A stretch of DNA of 64,000 bases from Fimbriosthenelais zetlandica (GCA_977030845.1 OZ365116.1:13144001-13208000); one strand, 5' to 3'; shown: positions 24,701 through 38,475, counted from the stretch's first letter. Numbers and translations are program-made. Notes: generated by a model from the sequence alone, not told the origin.

Positions 24701-27700
24701 GTATTATCACGCTCTGAAAACCTGTCACCTCGGGGCAATACATGTCCATAGAGGTATCACATGCTAACACACACATACACTCACCCCCACTTGGCCCTTA
24801 CATACGTCCAACCACCGTGAAATAGCCACATACAACATTAAAACCTCCAGAAATTCTCTCAGACTTTTTACCTATGCTCATGCTCACATAAATGGCCTGT
24901 GGGATGTTAATATCACTTGGTATTCCCAGGCCCTACTGGTGACCCATGTAATGTCTCTATTGCTAGGATTTGGCTACTACTCCCTTAAGCCCCCACTCCT
25001 CCCCCTCTCTAAACCCACCCATTCGGTCACTAAACCTGACTATTAAACATTTAAGATACATTTCTCAAGCTTGATCCTTGATAGCATGTATATAACGTAC
25101 CCCCCACCAATTGATCCTGGCGACCACCCCTTTAATTCTTTCCCCACCCACCCACCCACCCACCCCGTCCCCTAACTCCCATAGACCTGCAATTCTCCAA
25201 TACTCTTGCTCCTTTTAAGTAACTTCATACGTGAGAGATACATATATTTGTGGTCACACTGGATTTATATATCAACAGGATTTCTCCTGCTTTCATTTCC
25301 TGCCATGTTTTCACACTTACAAGGTGGGATTCGATCTGTACTTTACTTATAGTTTATTTAGTAAATCTCTCATTTCTACCCAATTGTAAGAGACGAACCT
25401 TTCTGTAAGCTCTTCCTTCCGTTGCCAAGATTTGTGGAGAGCTTTGTAAAAGATATATCAATTGGGAACTATACTATTGATTAATCGTATCTAGCTTTTA
25501 TACAATAGACACATTTCTACACATTACCCATGTATTTTTGTCGATCTGGCTATGTGTATTCAGATTGATATCTTATTGAGGGACAGTGGCGCCATCTCAC
25601 GCCCAGTGAGAAATTGAGGAAACAATTCACTGTTCCCTGTTTCCCAGATAGGTGGCACCACGCGTTTGGGATCCATGCACTATCTTTTCAGATATTTAGC
25701 CTAATTATTCTCTCGATAAAGAGTGTTCCTATTATTAACCAATGAATTCCAGATGCTGATCTTTTAACATATGATTTGAATAGTCTTTCCCTTTCATTTT
25801 CTCCTTAGTATATGTCGGGAGAATTCAGTGTCCTGACCCGCAAGAGCTCCCAGGGGTCGGGGTGGGTGTGTTTGTGGGGGGATCCACTGTCAGTCAACCT
25901 TTGATCCATACTGGCATCAATGGTCAACATCACATGTCAATCACATGATCCCCTGACCTTGACGTTGTCATGGATACATAAATCATTCCACTCCAAAGAG
26001 AGTCTATGTTGGTAAATGCATTTAACTGGAACATAAATTCATCATCCTTCGTACCTATTTGCCCCTAAAGGGCCTGAAAACCTATAATCTATCAATATAT
26101 TTCAATCAACAAACCTCTATATATGGCGCACTATTCTGTTTGTTCATATTAAAGATTAGTATGCAGGTCACAAGCATGAAGCGTGGCTAACCCACCACTT
26201 AAACCTCCTTGCCTTCCCAAAACAAGATAGTTGTTAAGCAACCTGCAAGTCTAGCTTTATACTTTAACTATTCAGATTGTCTTGCCCAGACAAACTTGAT
26301 ATTGGATATGATATGGGATTATGATTGCTTTCTTATCTGTTGAGAGAATTCCACCTAACACACCTGCATGTAGGGCTGTCATATACAGACCTGATTAAGG
26401 TCTACCTGGCCCCGGACCTCTCTCTCTCTCTATACTCACCCAACACTCCCACAGGCAGCATTCAGGTGTGGCGTCACTAAGCGGACAAATCTGGCGCCAA
26501 CCTATCTCTACCTTCAGTTGTTGTCGTCTGCTCTACCTGACATCAGGTGGAACTCTCCCACTAGGGGAGGCAGGAGGAACTTCCCCCTATATATACCCAT
26601 CCATAGGATTTATTCCTCATATCCCTTTGGAGCATTTCGTGATGGTTTCTAATTGATTTCGGGAGCCATTTCGGATATTTCGGAGCTTAAGAATGGTAGT
26701 GTTTTACGGTTGGAGATAGTACGGTTATAGAGGGAGCTTAAGCTGATAAAGGAACACCACAGGTGAGACGCCATTATAGTGATTACTTCGTTGAGTGATA
26801 AACAGATCATAACAAATTCACCAGTTAATTCTATCCGAGATACATACATTTTAATGGGGTCTTAGGAAATTTCTTGGTTGAATGTTTAGACTTTTATTAT
26901 TTATCACAAGCTCAGACATATATTTGTAGCAGTCTGATGTTCACAGTTATATCTTACTTGTTATAAACCAATTACATTAGTTAGTCTCGCCTCTATATTA
27001 TCATGGGACTATGTTTTATACTACGAAACGGATGTTCTAATTTGCCTTGGCATGTGGAAAATATGTAATATAAAAATACATTCCTGGTATATGAATTCCT
27101 TCCTAGAGGTTATATCACACATCTTAACGATCAATTGATCTAGGAATGTGCATTTACATTGTATGCCTTTATTTTTTTCCATTTTTTTGTCGGGTATATT
27201 CATGAATGAGGCCCCATGGTAAAGAAAATGCTTGCTCATGCACTGAGTTTTAGTTATGTCAAAAATTCTTAAGGGCATGTACAAAACTCTCATGGGGTGG
27301 TAGTCTTGCTGTCTGGTTCTTCAGCAGGTGTAGGTGGTAATGATTTTGTGTATAGACAAGGATAAAGTTTTTTCCTTTTTGAGGGGGCAAAAAGTTGGGA
27401 TATTGTGTACATGTCATTGGGGTGTAATGGAATGTGAATTCAGGGAGCTTTATACTTGCACCATCTGCCACGTTTTCCATGCCTCTGGGTTTACAGGGAA
27501 TATTTGTCCTTTTTTAAACCCGTCTGAAAGCCATGATGGGTGTAAGGTCATGAAAATTTTGGACCAATTTAATGGTATTTCTTTGACGCTACAAAGGCAT
27601 CTTGTATTCTGTCCATGTCATTTTGATGACAAGGATGTTAAGAATTATGTACTTGATGATGACTATGCAAATTATCTTTTGACTACGCAAAAGAAATACC

Positions 27701-30551
27701 CAACCCTCGAGCAACATAGAAGGTGTAACTAGGGGGTCACCAAATGGGCAACAAGAGCAAAATGTACCCACGTTCAACACCAAAGGGTGTATATATGAAA
27801 GGCCCTGTCCCCACACATACTAAACATACATAATGCCCCCTTGAGACACGCCCTGGATGGACGCCAAGCGCTGGGAGGGTCAAAGTAAGGTCGTTTCAAG
27901 GTCGTTGTCATGACTATGCTTGTACGGTGTATGCTCCAGAGGCTGAGTAAAGAAATGATGTGTGTTTTTGGTGTGGACATGTCTGTGGGAATAAGGGGAT
28001 GAGTGCAATAAAGCATGAGGATTAATGATCCTCAGTGCACTGGATTATACAGATAAAGTCAGGGCCATGCTCTGGGTGGTCACAAATATGAAGGATTGTC
28101 TATAATGCTTGTTAAATACCTCAGGGCTATTTGTCCTTGAAATCAGTGAATGCCCAAAGCTTTCAGGGCATTTCCAAGTTCATTCAGACTCATCAGATAT
28201 TCTTCTGACTCAAGAGGACTCACAACTATGACACAGAAAGAGAATAGATCGATGGTGCACTTTGTGTCTTTGTGGAATACACTCAGCCCTAAGCTATAAA
28301 GCCTTTGGCTTTTTGGGTTTGACTCTTGGCAGAGGATTGTATTCTAGTGAAGTCAATTAAGCTTTCTTGGGGAAAGTGGATATTTAACTACCATTACAAG
28401 TTAAGGTAGTTTAAATTTGTCCACTTATATATAGTTATTACATCTTTTATTGAATATTGCGGGTCAGAGACTTCACCATAGTCCTTGACAACATGGACAA
28501 CTGAAGACCTGAACTTGAGTGTTTGTTGGCTTATTCCTGCTTCTTATCTGCCCATACGATTACAGTGATCTGTAACTCATAAAGTTAGAGATAAGATACT
28601 TCCTACCAACACCTGGCAACACCAGGTGTGTCGGGGAAACGTTTCCCTCCTCCAATACTAACCAGGAGGCCTAATTAAGATTTTAACTTATATTTGGGTC
28701 ATCCTGGAACAGCTACTGTCAAATGAAAATGAAAGTATCGATTCTTAAACTGAGAACTGAGTTATCGACCATGATTGATAAGTTTTCTCGGGCTTTCTCT
28801 CATAAAACTGTCCCCTCATTGTCATAAACATTGCGACAACGTGACTGCAACCAGTTCTGCCGAAAGTCGGTTCGGTGCTTACCGTTTACGACAATCGCGA
28901 CATTTGGCGGTAGCTACTCTCTCCCCGCAGGCTGATCCTGGGGTCAAAGATTAACATTTTGCTGAAATTATGATGGTTTATGTCCACCTTCCATTGGTGA
29001 CGATTGAAGTGTAGTGTAATTAAGTCTAGCTTTTATGATTTGGACATCATAAAGTGGTCATTAAGCGTGCATTAATAACAGTGTAGACCTTTGATCTAAG
29101 CCATCGATTTTTGAACTTGTCAACCACTTGTTTGACCTTGAATAATACTTCCTATAGAAGGGTATAGTGCGAATGGGTAAAGCTATGGGATTTAATTATT
29201 CTTATACAAACAAATGTCGTTTCTCTTTTTGAAAAATCGGGTTTTGGGATGTAGCAAGGAAATGATATGAAGGGGGTCACAAAAAGGCTGGGAAACCTCT
29301 TGTGAAATGATGCCCTAGATGCCCTCCCATTACTTTCCCAGTCCAGCAACCTACATGTCCAATTAAATGGACGCCATGTATGAATTGAATGACGCTGAGT
29401 TGATGTTTTATATGCAAAGCAATGGTAGGAAAAGGGCCTTTACAAGATGCCGACTTTGGGTCTGAGGGCGGTAAAGATGAAAGTTGTAAGACAGGTGTCC
29501 TCCGTAGTATGTATACGGACAGATGAACACCTGTGTATTGAGGGCGCTGAGGGCATTAACCAGAGGTCATAGGTGTGGGAGGAAGACATGGCCCCATCAC
29601 CTACTGTAGGGAAGTGTAGCGACCTTCTAGGAATAGGGAATGAGACTATACTAGATGTATAGATAGAATCATTCCCATATTATATTATAGAAAGGAATAA
29701 TGATTGTTTTTAAGAAAATGAGAAAAATGGTGACTAATCATGATATGAAACTGATTTGTAATAATCAGTGACATATCTTCGAGATGCTTCTAGTTTAACA
29801 AATTCCCTCGGGCTTAATAAAATCGGATTTAATCCCTTGACTTTGGGATAAATATAGTTCCCACGGTTTCATTTATATCTTGTAAGCTTTTCTGGGAGAC
29901 ATTATTGGGTCCTTGAGAAAATATTGGTTTTAGAGATCACTGATGTTGGGGGCGGGGGTGGGGGTTCTCTATGGTTAAATTGACGGGAGCAATGAAAGCT
30001 TTTAACCCTCCCGCATGCTAGGATTTTCGAGATTACACCATTTGTGGCGGCTTCCTATTTATTCTGGAATTGGACGCTTTAGCATCCGTGAAGCTTGTTT
30101 GCCTTTCTCGCCATCAGGTGTCACACTGGATGGTCGTTTGTTGTTATGACGATTAGAAAACGTTCTAAAACAATCTGGTGACAAAATCGAATGCTTCAGA
30201 AATACAGAAACAATCCTTGACACCATAAAACAATGATCTAAAACCAGAGTTTGCTCTTAGCTGGCATGGAATGTTGTTGAAGTATTTCTGGAGTTTGGTT
30301 GCCTGGTTGCTGTTGATTTTATTAGCCATTTACAGCCCCATACCTCATACCACAGATCTGTGGCCTTTACAAACACGTAGACAGTCAGTTGTCTTACAAA
30401 TCTCTCCCCAACATGCCATAGCATGTCAGTGATCTATATTTGTGTATGCTGCACTTGTCTGTCATGTCTGTGAACATGCTAAACAGGAGAAACATCAGAT
30501 GCCCTCATCCCCAGCCCTCACACCTCTCACGCATGTTAATCTAACTGATAT

Positions 30552-30580
30552 CTTAGAGTAAAATGTTATTTTACTCTAAG
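30552..30580. mobile_element. Ultra-short palindromic transposon scar, 7-bp TSD CTGATAT/CCGATAT
   Basis: Perfect 13-bp stem CTTAGAGTAAAAT-GTT-ATTTTACTCTAAG; flanks match at 6/7. Confidence 0.82.
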
Positions 30581-31549
30581 CCGATATAGAAAAAGTTCAC
30601 CAGGCAGTCTCATATCACAAATTAAAGGCTGAGTTCTGATATGAAATTTAAGCAAATATATCTGAGTAATTCTTAGGAATCAGGACCCCCTGGTGACTCC
30701 ATGGTAGAAACTCCCAATATATATACTATATCATCCCCCATTCCTGTCCATCAATGCTTTGTCGGTGACCAGTGGGAGGGACCGAAAAGTCTCAAATGCT
30801 TGATAGATGTCCCATCTGTCCACCCTGTGTCTTGTGCCCCTTTTGAAGAGGGCTATCTGAGCTCTGAGAGCACACAATGTACACAATATCCAGAAGTATA
30901 GCGTGTACTAGCATGCCTGGGTTGGCCCTGTGAGAAAGTAAGTGAGAGTTGAGTTAGAAGGAGGGAAGTCATAATTATTATGTGAAAATAGTCCAGTGTT
31001 GGAAAGTGTGGAATTGAATAAGTTTGCAGACTGTTTGCAGGCACCTTTAGGCTACTGCTGCTTTCATGTTGTGTATTTGTTGGGGTGACAACATGATGAA
31101 TGTCTGTTTGTGCGTGCAATTAATGCACGCCTTGATTATGAAGGTGAAGAAAAGATTACATATGCTGTCCTTTGTACGGTCTGCCACTTCCGTTGCGCCT
31201 ATGGCTCCACTCCAGGGCAGACCTCAATTGTTGTTTGGTAGGGAATGAGTACCATAAGATACAATGATATCGTACAGCTGTTGGTATGACTGTCCATTTT
31301 TTGTAACTTGTTACTCTTCATATTGTGGCCCTGACAGGGACAGAGAGACTGACATACAGACAGACATTGAATTTAGGCCCGTGGTCATAAGAAAGGCGGT
31401 CTATAAGGCGGTGGGGGGCGGGGGGGGGGGGGGGGGGAAGAGAGGGAGAGGCATGTGTGTGTGTGTGGGCGAGCGAGGTGCATGTCAACAGGCGAGCGAT
31501 AATACAAGGAAAGAGTGGTGCCGATGAGAAAAATCCGAGAATGTAGATC

Positions 31550-31551
<2 letters not shown>

Positions 31552-31595
<44 letters not shown>

Positions 31596-31630
31596 GAGAG
31601 ACAGAGACACAGAGAGACAGAGTGGGAGAG
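31552..31630 (+). repeat. (GA)n microsatellite with GACA interruptions
   Basis: Direct reading. Confidence 0.95.
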
Positions 31631-31699
31631 ATTGTTAAGAATGTTGTTAGGATGCTGTAAAAGAAATGAGTGAAGTGTAGGCTACCTACCCTACCCTAT

Positions 31700-32100
31700 G
31701 TTGTGAGTGATCACGTGCAGCCGTTGTGATCGGTGATTGGCTGGGTGTGTATTTTACGGGTTTTTTCAAGTTTTCACCCTTTATTCGACCGAAATCACAT
31801 ATCAATGCCTGGGAATTATGACGTGGAATTAGTTGATGTATAAGTGACACGTTGTGAAAAGAGCTTGTGTGTTGACAAAAAGAAGAGGTCAGTGCAATAA
31901 CTGGTAAAGTACTTGGGGAGGGTAAAGGAAGTAAGAGGCGGCGCAGAAGTGAGTTAATATGGATCCGCTACGGGTAGCTTCTTTCATCGCTACACTAGGT
32001 GGCGCCAGGCCGTCTAGCTGACCGCTGGTCACTCAGTTTACTCGCACACCTGTCAAACTCACCTGTCATCACGACCACACCTGTCGTAGAAGGAACATCT
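31700..32100 (+). promoter_or_regulatory. Promoter-like region upstream of exon E
   Basis: CACGTG, ATTGG, TGACGT, raised CpG, a CTCF-like site at 31992-32007, three CACCTGTC at 32047/32060/32078 and an Inr-like TCAGTT near 32033. A (GA)n tract lies just upstream. A possible non-coding exon ends at a TGG|GTGAGT donor at 32710. Confidence 0.45.
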
Positions 32101-34141
32101 CTGCCAACTTTGCTTTCAAGTTTCTCCTCTCATCGAAAAAAAACCCAATGATCTGAGTATTAATAAGAGGCCATTTTAGATTCACCTTAGTAAACTTTCA
32201 ACCGTTGAATTATCCCTTATAATCCATTTACAATTTTATTGCCTATTTAATTATCATTTCCGATCAGATATGCATACATCTAAATCTAATCATAATGCTG
32301 GTATATTGCTCGCTATATGGGATTCAATTTGATCAGATCTCGGATCCTAATTGAATGTATTCATTGTACCTACTCACGAGTCTAGACTCGTCCCCCGACC
32401 CACATTAAATGTGGTCTCCCATCCACGCTTGTCTCTTAAAGGTGATTCATCGTCTCATAATTGATAAAAGCAGCGATCCACTTTGATAAATTGCATCTAA
32501 TTCCCCCAGCCTCTCAGTATGTGTAACCTTACAGATTCTACTTAGAATTTGAAACCTCCACTCGACTATTCATCTAAAGTCTCGTAATCACATCTGGGGT
32601 AAAAATAACAAAATCCACTCCGTATATATAACAGCAAATGTTTCTCACGAATTTTTCACTGAATCTAAAAATATTAGCCCGAGGGGACCTTTCCATGAGA
32701 GGCTGCTGGGTGAGTGTATTTGTATGGCCAGGGGTGCTGAAGCATGGAACTAGGTCAGGTCCAGACGCCCCCTAGTTCCCATTCAATATACTACCCATAT
32801 ATATGTACCGGGTTTAAAGTGGATTCCACTGGTATATCCGTGTGAAAGTTCAACACAAATATGCCATCATAATTCATACCTCCAACATCCAAGGAATGTA
32901 CATGGAGGAGCACATAAATGGATATTTGTACCTTATATCCAACAGGCCTTATATTGGAGATTGACTGTGTATTGGATGGATATACGGGGTTATTGTGGTA
33001 TGGAGGTGAGTTGGCGCGCTTTTGGCATCTGTCCTTAAGCCCATAGACTGTAACAGTCATTGACTGGGAGGTTGAGGAGGAGAGAGGAGGGAGGAGAAAG
33101 TTGGAGGGAGATGTCTGGAGGGACGACCAAGATTATTCTACAGTCACACGTGCCTGGCACGGATCACTGCGTCATTTTCATTACTTCAGGTGGGCTGTTA
33201 ACCAGGACAACCGATTTTCACTGATGTGACTTTTTGAAAATCCTGGATGCAGATTGCACCTACTACAATCTCTTACCCCTCACGCCCCCTCATCCCCTTC
33301 AATACACATTTCTGGATCTCCATCCTTGCCAGTGAATTTCTCTCGGATATTACCTAAATTTACCTTTTGAATGGACAGTAATTGTCATATTTACTGCTGT
33401 GGATTTATGTTACATTTTCGGTGGAATTCGGAGGACAAGTCAAGTGTCAAGTCAAGAGCCCCTGATGTGCCCACTTTGTTGTTCTCGTAAACCAAACGTC
33501 CACTCTCAGTATGTGTTCTGTAATGTCAAATTCTATTAAAGCTGCACACACGCCAATGTTGGGGACTACAGCGGGCTGCTTAGATTTATGCATTGTCCCA
33601 TAAACAATACAGACCCCATCGCCCTGTCTCCATCTATGAAATTAATACCTCAGTAAAGCCACCACGGTCGCACCTGTGGCATATTACGTCATCGGGCGAC
33701 CGGCGTCCACTTAATTACGTCGACTAATCAGAGCGTCGCTCATTAGCTAACTAATGACAGGAGCTTTATACGAAAGAAAGTTTACCAGCCACATTGGCTT
33801 CTGGTAATTTGACAGACGGCTGTGGTGGGTTTGCGCCTTGTACGAGTCGACCCACGATTGTTCAACAGTTGCCTCTGATAGACATTCCTGTGGACATGAA
33901 TTTACACTCCATGTGGTCCCACATCAACTGAGCTGTGCCATATTTAACTGCGTACCTTTTCACTGGAGAATATTCGGTATTCATTATCATTGACTTACAT
34001 TTTGGAGAATATTTTTTGGCCTGGATCTAACACTGGACAAATATGGTTTTAATGCACACAAAGATAGTTGTCATGGCAACCAAATACAGATAGTGACCTG
34101 ATTTGTACCCTAGGTTTTGGACTAAGAACAAAAATATTGCT

Positions 34142-34295
34142 ATGGCAAATTCAGGAGGAACTGGAGGAGGGCTTGATACTAGTAATCCCCTTCAAATGTC
34201 CCTGGATGAAGGGGAGGGGTTCAGCTACCAGGAGTCGGTATCTGGAGGCCCTCCCCCACCCCCTCCAGGGGATAATACCCTGGAAATATCCGCAG
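34142..34295 (+). CDS. ANKRD6: Candidate alternative N-terminal coding exon E of ANKRD6 (51 aa, polyproline)
   Basis: Reads MANSGGTGGGLDTSNPLQMSLDEGEGFSYQESVSGGPPPPPPGDNTLEISA, then a CAG|GTGAGG donor (GT at 34296), phase 1. An upstream acceptor ctgatttgtaccctag| starts the exon at 34114. Confidence 0.7.
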
Positions 34296-35274
34296 GTGAG
34301 GCAAATAGACATCGGTACTTTAATGAGAGAAACGGTTAAAGCGTCGGTGACCACTTTTAAAATCTAGACTAATTCCTATTCACAGACATTTTAATGTAGC
34401 TAATTAACAAAATATCTTGAGGCATGCCATTTTCTGATCGTAAGTGATCGTAGATAGAAAGGGTTCACTGATAATGTTTGGTGGTGAGTGGGTGGGAGGA
34501 GGTATTAAGGAGGTCCAAGTCCAGTCAGTCTGCCAGGATACCCCTGATAAAATGACTGATATTATCAGTTAATACAATCAGCGGTTAGAGGGTATACTGC
34601 ATGCCATGTTATAAAAGGAAGGTCTCCACTGATGAAGGCATGATAAGACATGTTGTCCATGGCAACCATGTGTTTGTATAGGGAGGTCAGGAACAATGAC
34701 ACACAGTCCTATCTCAGTGGTCTGATATGGATTGATAATGGCAGATGGGACGAACGTGAACAGGCATACTTTTCCGGTCTAAATGCTCCATATTCTGTGT
34801 AAATCATGCAATAAAAGGGCTTAAAATTCCATGTCAAGGTCTGTACCAAATTTCCAAGGAATCATATGCATGATAATTAACAAATCTGACCATTCACTGT
34901 TGACTTGGTCGATCCTTTGGCGATCACCCTCCTTCAAATCAAACCAAAGATAATTGTCCATTGTGACTATTTTAATATGCTGCCATTTTCATATTTTACC
35001 CTGATTTTAGACATCTTGACTTCAACGTTCATATTGCTTTAAGCTTTAAGCTTTAGCTGTTATCTTGGGGTGTGCACCAGGTCAATAGGTCATGGTTTAT
35101 CAGCTATATTGATCAGTCTCTCCAGCACGTCTTCCCATCCTCCTAACATGTCACAGGGTTCCTAATTTAATGAGATCTCGTCTTATCTCGCGGTGGCGAG
35201 ATGAAAGCGAGATTAACCACAACTCTCATGTGGTGGGTCTTGATAGAATTTAAATTAATTTATTTTGAGACAAA

Positions 35275-35292
35275 CCCCCCCCCCCCCCCCCC
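35275..35292 (+). repeat. Poly-C homopolymer (18 nt)
   Basis: Direct reading. Confidence 0.9.
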
Positions 35293-35310
35293 ACCCGCAA
35301 TTATATTTAT

Positions 35311-35331
35311 CTTATAGTATTTTACTCTAAG
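35311..35331. mobile_element. Ultra-short palindromic transposon scar, 7-bp TSD TATTTAT/TACTTAT
   Basis: TATTTAT-CTTATAGTATTTTACTCTAAG-TACTTAT; flanks match at 6/7. Confidence 0.7.
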
Positions 35332-35432
35332 TACTTATAAAAGACGATAGCCTGTATGGATAGATGTAGCATTAATATAGCCTAGTACATGATTGTATTC
35401 TACAATGGAATCAATATATTCTGTAATTTAAT

Positions 35433-35463
35433 CGTAGAGTTAAATGATTCATTTTACTCTAAG
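35433..35463. mobile_element. Ultra-short palindromic transposon scar, 7-bp TSD ATTTAAT
   Basis: ATTTAAT-CGTAGAGTTAAATGATTCATTTTACTCTAAG-ATTTAAT. Confidence 0.8.
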
Positions 35464-35527
35464 ATTTAATCAGGTCTATGTGGAATATATGAAATATAGG
35501 GAAGGGTATACATTTGGTTGGTCAGTA

Positions 35528-35551
35528 CTTTAGAGTAAATTTTACTCTAAG
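35528..35551. mobile_element. Ultra-short palindromic transposon scar, 7-bp TSD GTCAGTA
   Basis: GTCAGTA-CTTTAGAGTAAATTTTACTCTAAG-GTCAGTA. Confidence 0.82.
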
Positions 35552-37289
35552 GTCAGTACCATGTGTGACCATGGTAACTGTCCCTCTCACCCAGACAGCG
35601 GGGGTAGTGGACACACACTGGACATTGGTCAGTCAACATTGACCCTGTAACTAGAGCAATGGTCCAGATTGTCTATACCAATGATGGATGGGATAAACAT
35701 CCTTGGTCTCGTTGGTCTCTTTGATGATAGATTTCAATCGGAGTCGCCAAGCAAGTGGAAACGCACTTCTGATTTATGTGACAAATGGGGATTCAATCCT
35801 AATGCATGAGATGCATTACTACGGTCCCTCTCATAAAAATGATTGAGAATTCGAGATGTTTGAACTCTCTTTTAAAACTATACAACCCATATCTATGACC
35901 CCCTTAAGGTATTTTTCTCGAGTGTAGACAAATTACTGAACAATTTGGGGGTCATTGATTTACCTAGGACTGGGGCTTATCGTCGCGTGATCTTCCGTGA
36001 TTTAGCGAGACTTGTCTGTGGTGACCATTTGCTCCTTTCAGCCCTTCTTTCAGAGGTTACGACCTTGAGTTAAGCATCTCAGGTTAGTAATTAGAGAGGC
36101 TGATGGCGATGGCGCTTTATGATAACTACAAGGGAGCCGCCATCAAAAGTCCGACAAAATCAAGACGATATGTATTATCATAGAAGGTCCACCTGAGTAG
36201 AACATCTTTGAAGGACTTCGTCTCATCATATATGTTCCTGATCCCTATTTTACGACATTGTTCCAGGTCCCTATTTTACGACATTTAACACCCTTTAATA
36301 TGTGGGTGCCTGTCCTTGGGACTGTTATGTTAAAAAGAAATTTGAGGTTTTTTCAACAATGGCTGTCAAGAAGGTTAAAAAGATAGGGGAGGATTAAAAT
36401 AATGCCCCAGGCATCAGTTTACACTGATTAGGGACAGATCGTATATAGCTTTCAACTGCTTTCTACTTTGGGAATGCTGTGAGAGCCAGTGTAAAGCCAA
36501 AGACAAGAGGGTGGTCGTATAAAGCTTTATTATGCAAGGGATGAGATTCCCATATATTCATTGATGGTTGTATACAATAGGTATAGGTCCATAAAAATAT
36601 ACGGCATAATAATACATAATGTATGAAGGTTCTATATATGTCTGATACATTGTATGTGTCATCTTTTAGACGTTTTTAAAGTCATTGAGTACGGTATGCA
36701 TTGTTTCAACCCCTCTGGCAGATTCATTGGCAGTTTATCCTATATGTTGTACTGTAACAATAGACAATGCATCAATATAACAATTTATAATATATGTGCC
36801 TTCTATTAGGTCTACCAGCATTGATATTTTCCAGATGTATAAGTAGATTCTCAAAGTACATGTAGTTCCATCTCGCTGACCCTACCGGCAAACAGCATAT
36901 CACTTCCATTGAACTATTTAAGATATAACCTCTCCATATTGTTTACTCTTTAGGGCTTTGACACGTACAGAAACCATAAATACATATTTATATTACATTA
37001 AAGCTTACATAAGGCATAAAAGGTGGGCCTCCCGCTATGCCTTCCCCACTGTGGAGGCTTTCACCCAACATTATTGAACCATAACAGGGCGAGTAAATAA
37101 AATACCTCCCTCAATATATAAAACAGGGCAATCATATATAGGACAGACTTGTGTTTGATCTGAAGTAGGAGACTATTTCTACCAATACTCAGAAGATCCT
37201 ATGTTGACCCTTCATCTGAATCCCTCCTCAGCACTTCCCCCGCTCTTGGGAATCTTTTGTCTCGTTAGGTCTCTACCACCGCGTGAAAG

Positions 37290-37335
37290 GACGAGACTGC
37301 GCGTTATGACACTGCATACGTCACTTCCGGTGATG
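37290..37335 (+). promoter_or_regulatory. ETS-CRE composite promoter element, candidate proximal promoter for the short ANKRD6 isoform
   Basis: ACGTCACTTCCGG at 37318-37330 (reverse CCGGAAGTGACGT) in a CpG-rich patch 1.15 kb upstream of exon 38476, which carries its own ATG at 38481. Confidence 0.45.
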
Positions 37336-38475
37336 TGCTGTAAATGTTTGGGTCTGGGATAAGAATTTAAAGAGATGCATGTTCAAGTAGTGGCTTTAGA
37401 AATGGCTCTTGAGAGGAATTGGCAAACTACTCATATATAAATGGAGAATAAACATTCGCCAAGTTGTCGATCTACTATTTTTCTGTGCATCTCTGAATTT
37501 AACCATGGAGTCGCTATTAACGAAGCAGACTGTATCAGTCACATACTGTGTCATTCACACAAAAGAAGGCCCTAAACCCTGGCTGTTCACTCGCCAGCCA
37601 GCACATGTACAATATTATCCATCTCCATGACTCGCCAGCTGAACAAACTGAATGAAATTTTTATCAGACCTCTCAGAAAGTCTCCCTCCTTTTTCTAGAT
37701 AGTTTGAAAATTTACAACTTGTAATAAACTACGGCTATGTTGACTCCAGTATTTAAAGCCCTCTCGATAATTTAAATTGAATGCTATAAACCTTTAGGTC
37801 TGACCCTGTTGGTTTGACATTTAGAGAAAGATACACAGAAACTATCATGAATTACCAGTGGAAAAATACAAATAACGAAAGAGAAAAGAAGCAAATGTCT
37901 TAAATTATAAAGTACAAATATCGAGACTCTTTTTAACATGCTCCACTTTTACGTGACCTTGTGACGTCATCCTAAACCAAGTTCAGGTCTCCCAATATAA
38001 ATTATTCATGTAATTTTTTCCATCTGATATGTTTCTCTCTCTATCTTTACATCATTATTTTTTATAAACTTTGAGTGGAGGTTCTGGTATTAGTTTAGGA
38101 GGGAAGGTTTGTTTGACTTGACGTGGTCGTCTCTGTTGGCTTTTGATGCTTGGTTTGGTGTGTATAGGGAAAACTCCTACTCACATCACGTTTAGACCCA
38201 TTGCTCTTAAAAAAGGCTAAGGCCCTCCTGCATTCTCTCATATCAAGAATTGCTCCCATCCATCAACTAGGAAAATAAATCTGAACTTATCACTAAAGCA
38301 TCAAAGTTTCCCCTTGGAAAATCGTGGCCAATGGCAATGAGAGACCTCAGTTCTGAAACTTAAAATATACATAATGTACGATAGTTTCAGTGCGTTTTAC
38401 TAGGATTTTTGTACTGTGTTTTGTATATGTGAGTAAATTGATTGATTTTAAATGTATTTTTTCCTCTATTTACAG

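Noticed and set aside
27297-27338. VVVLLSGSSAGVGG resembling the Notum/pectinacetylesterase nucleophile elbow
   Set aside because: The frame has stops every 20-40 codons, there are no splice sites in the right phase, and flanking residues do not match Notum.
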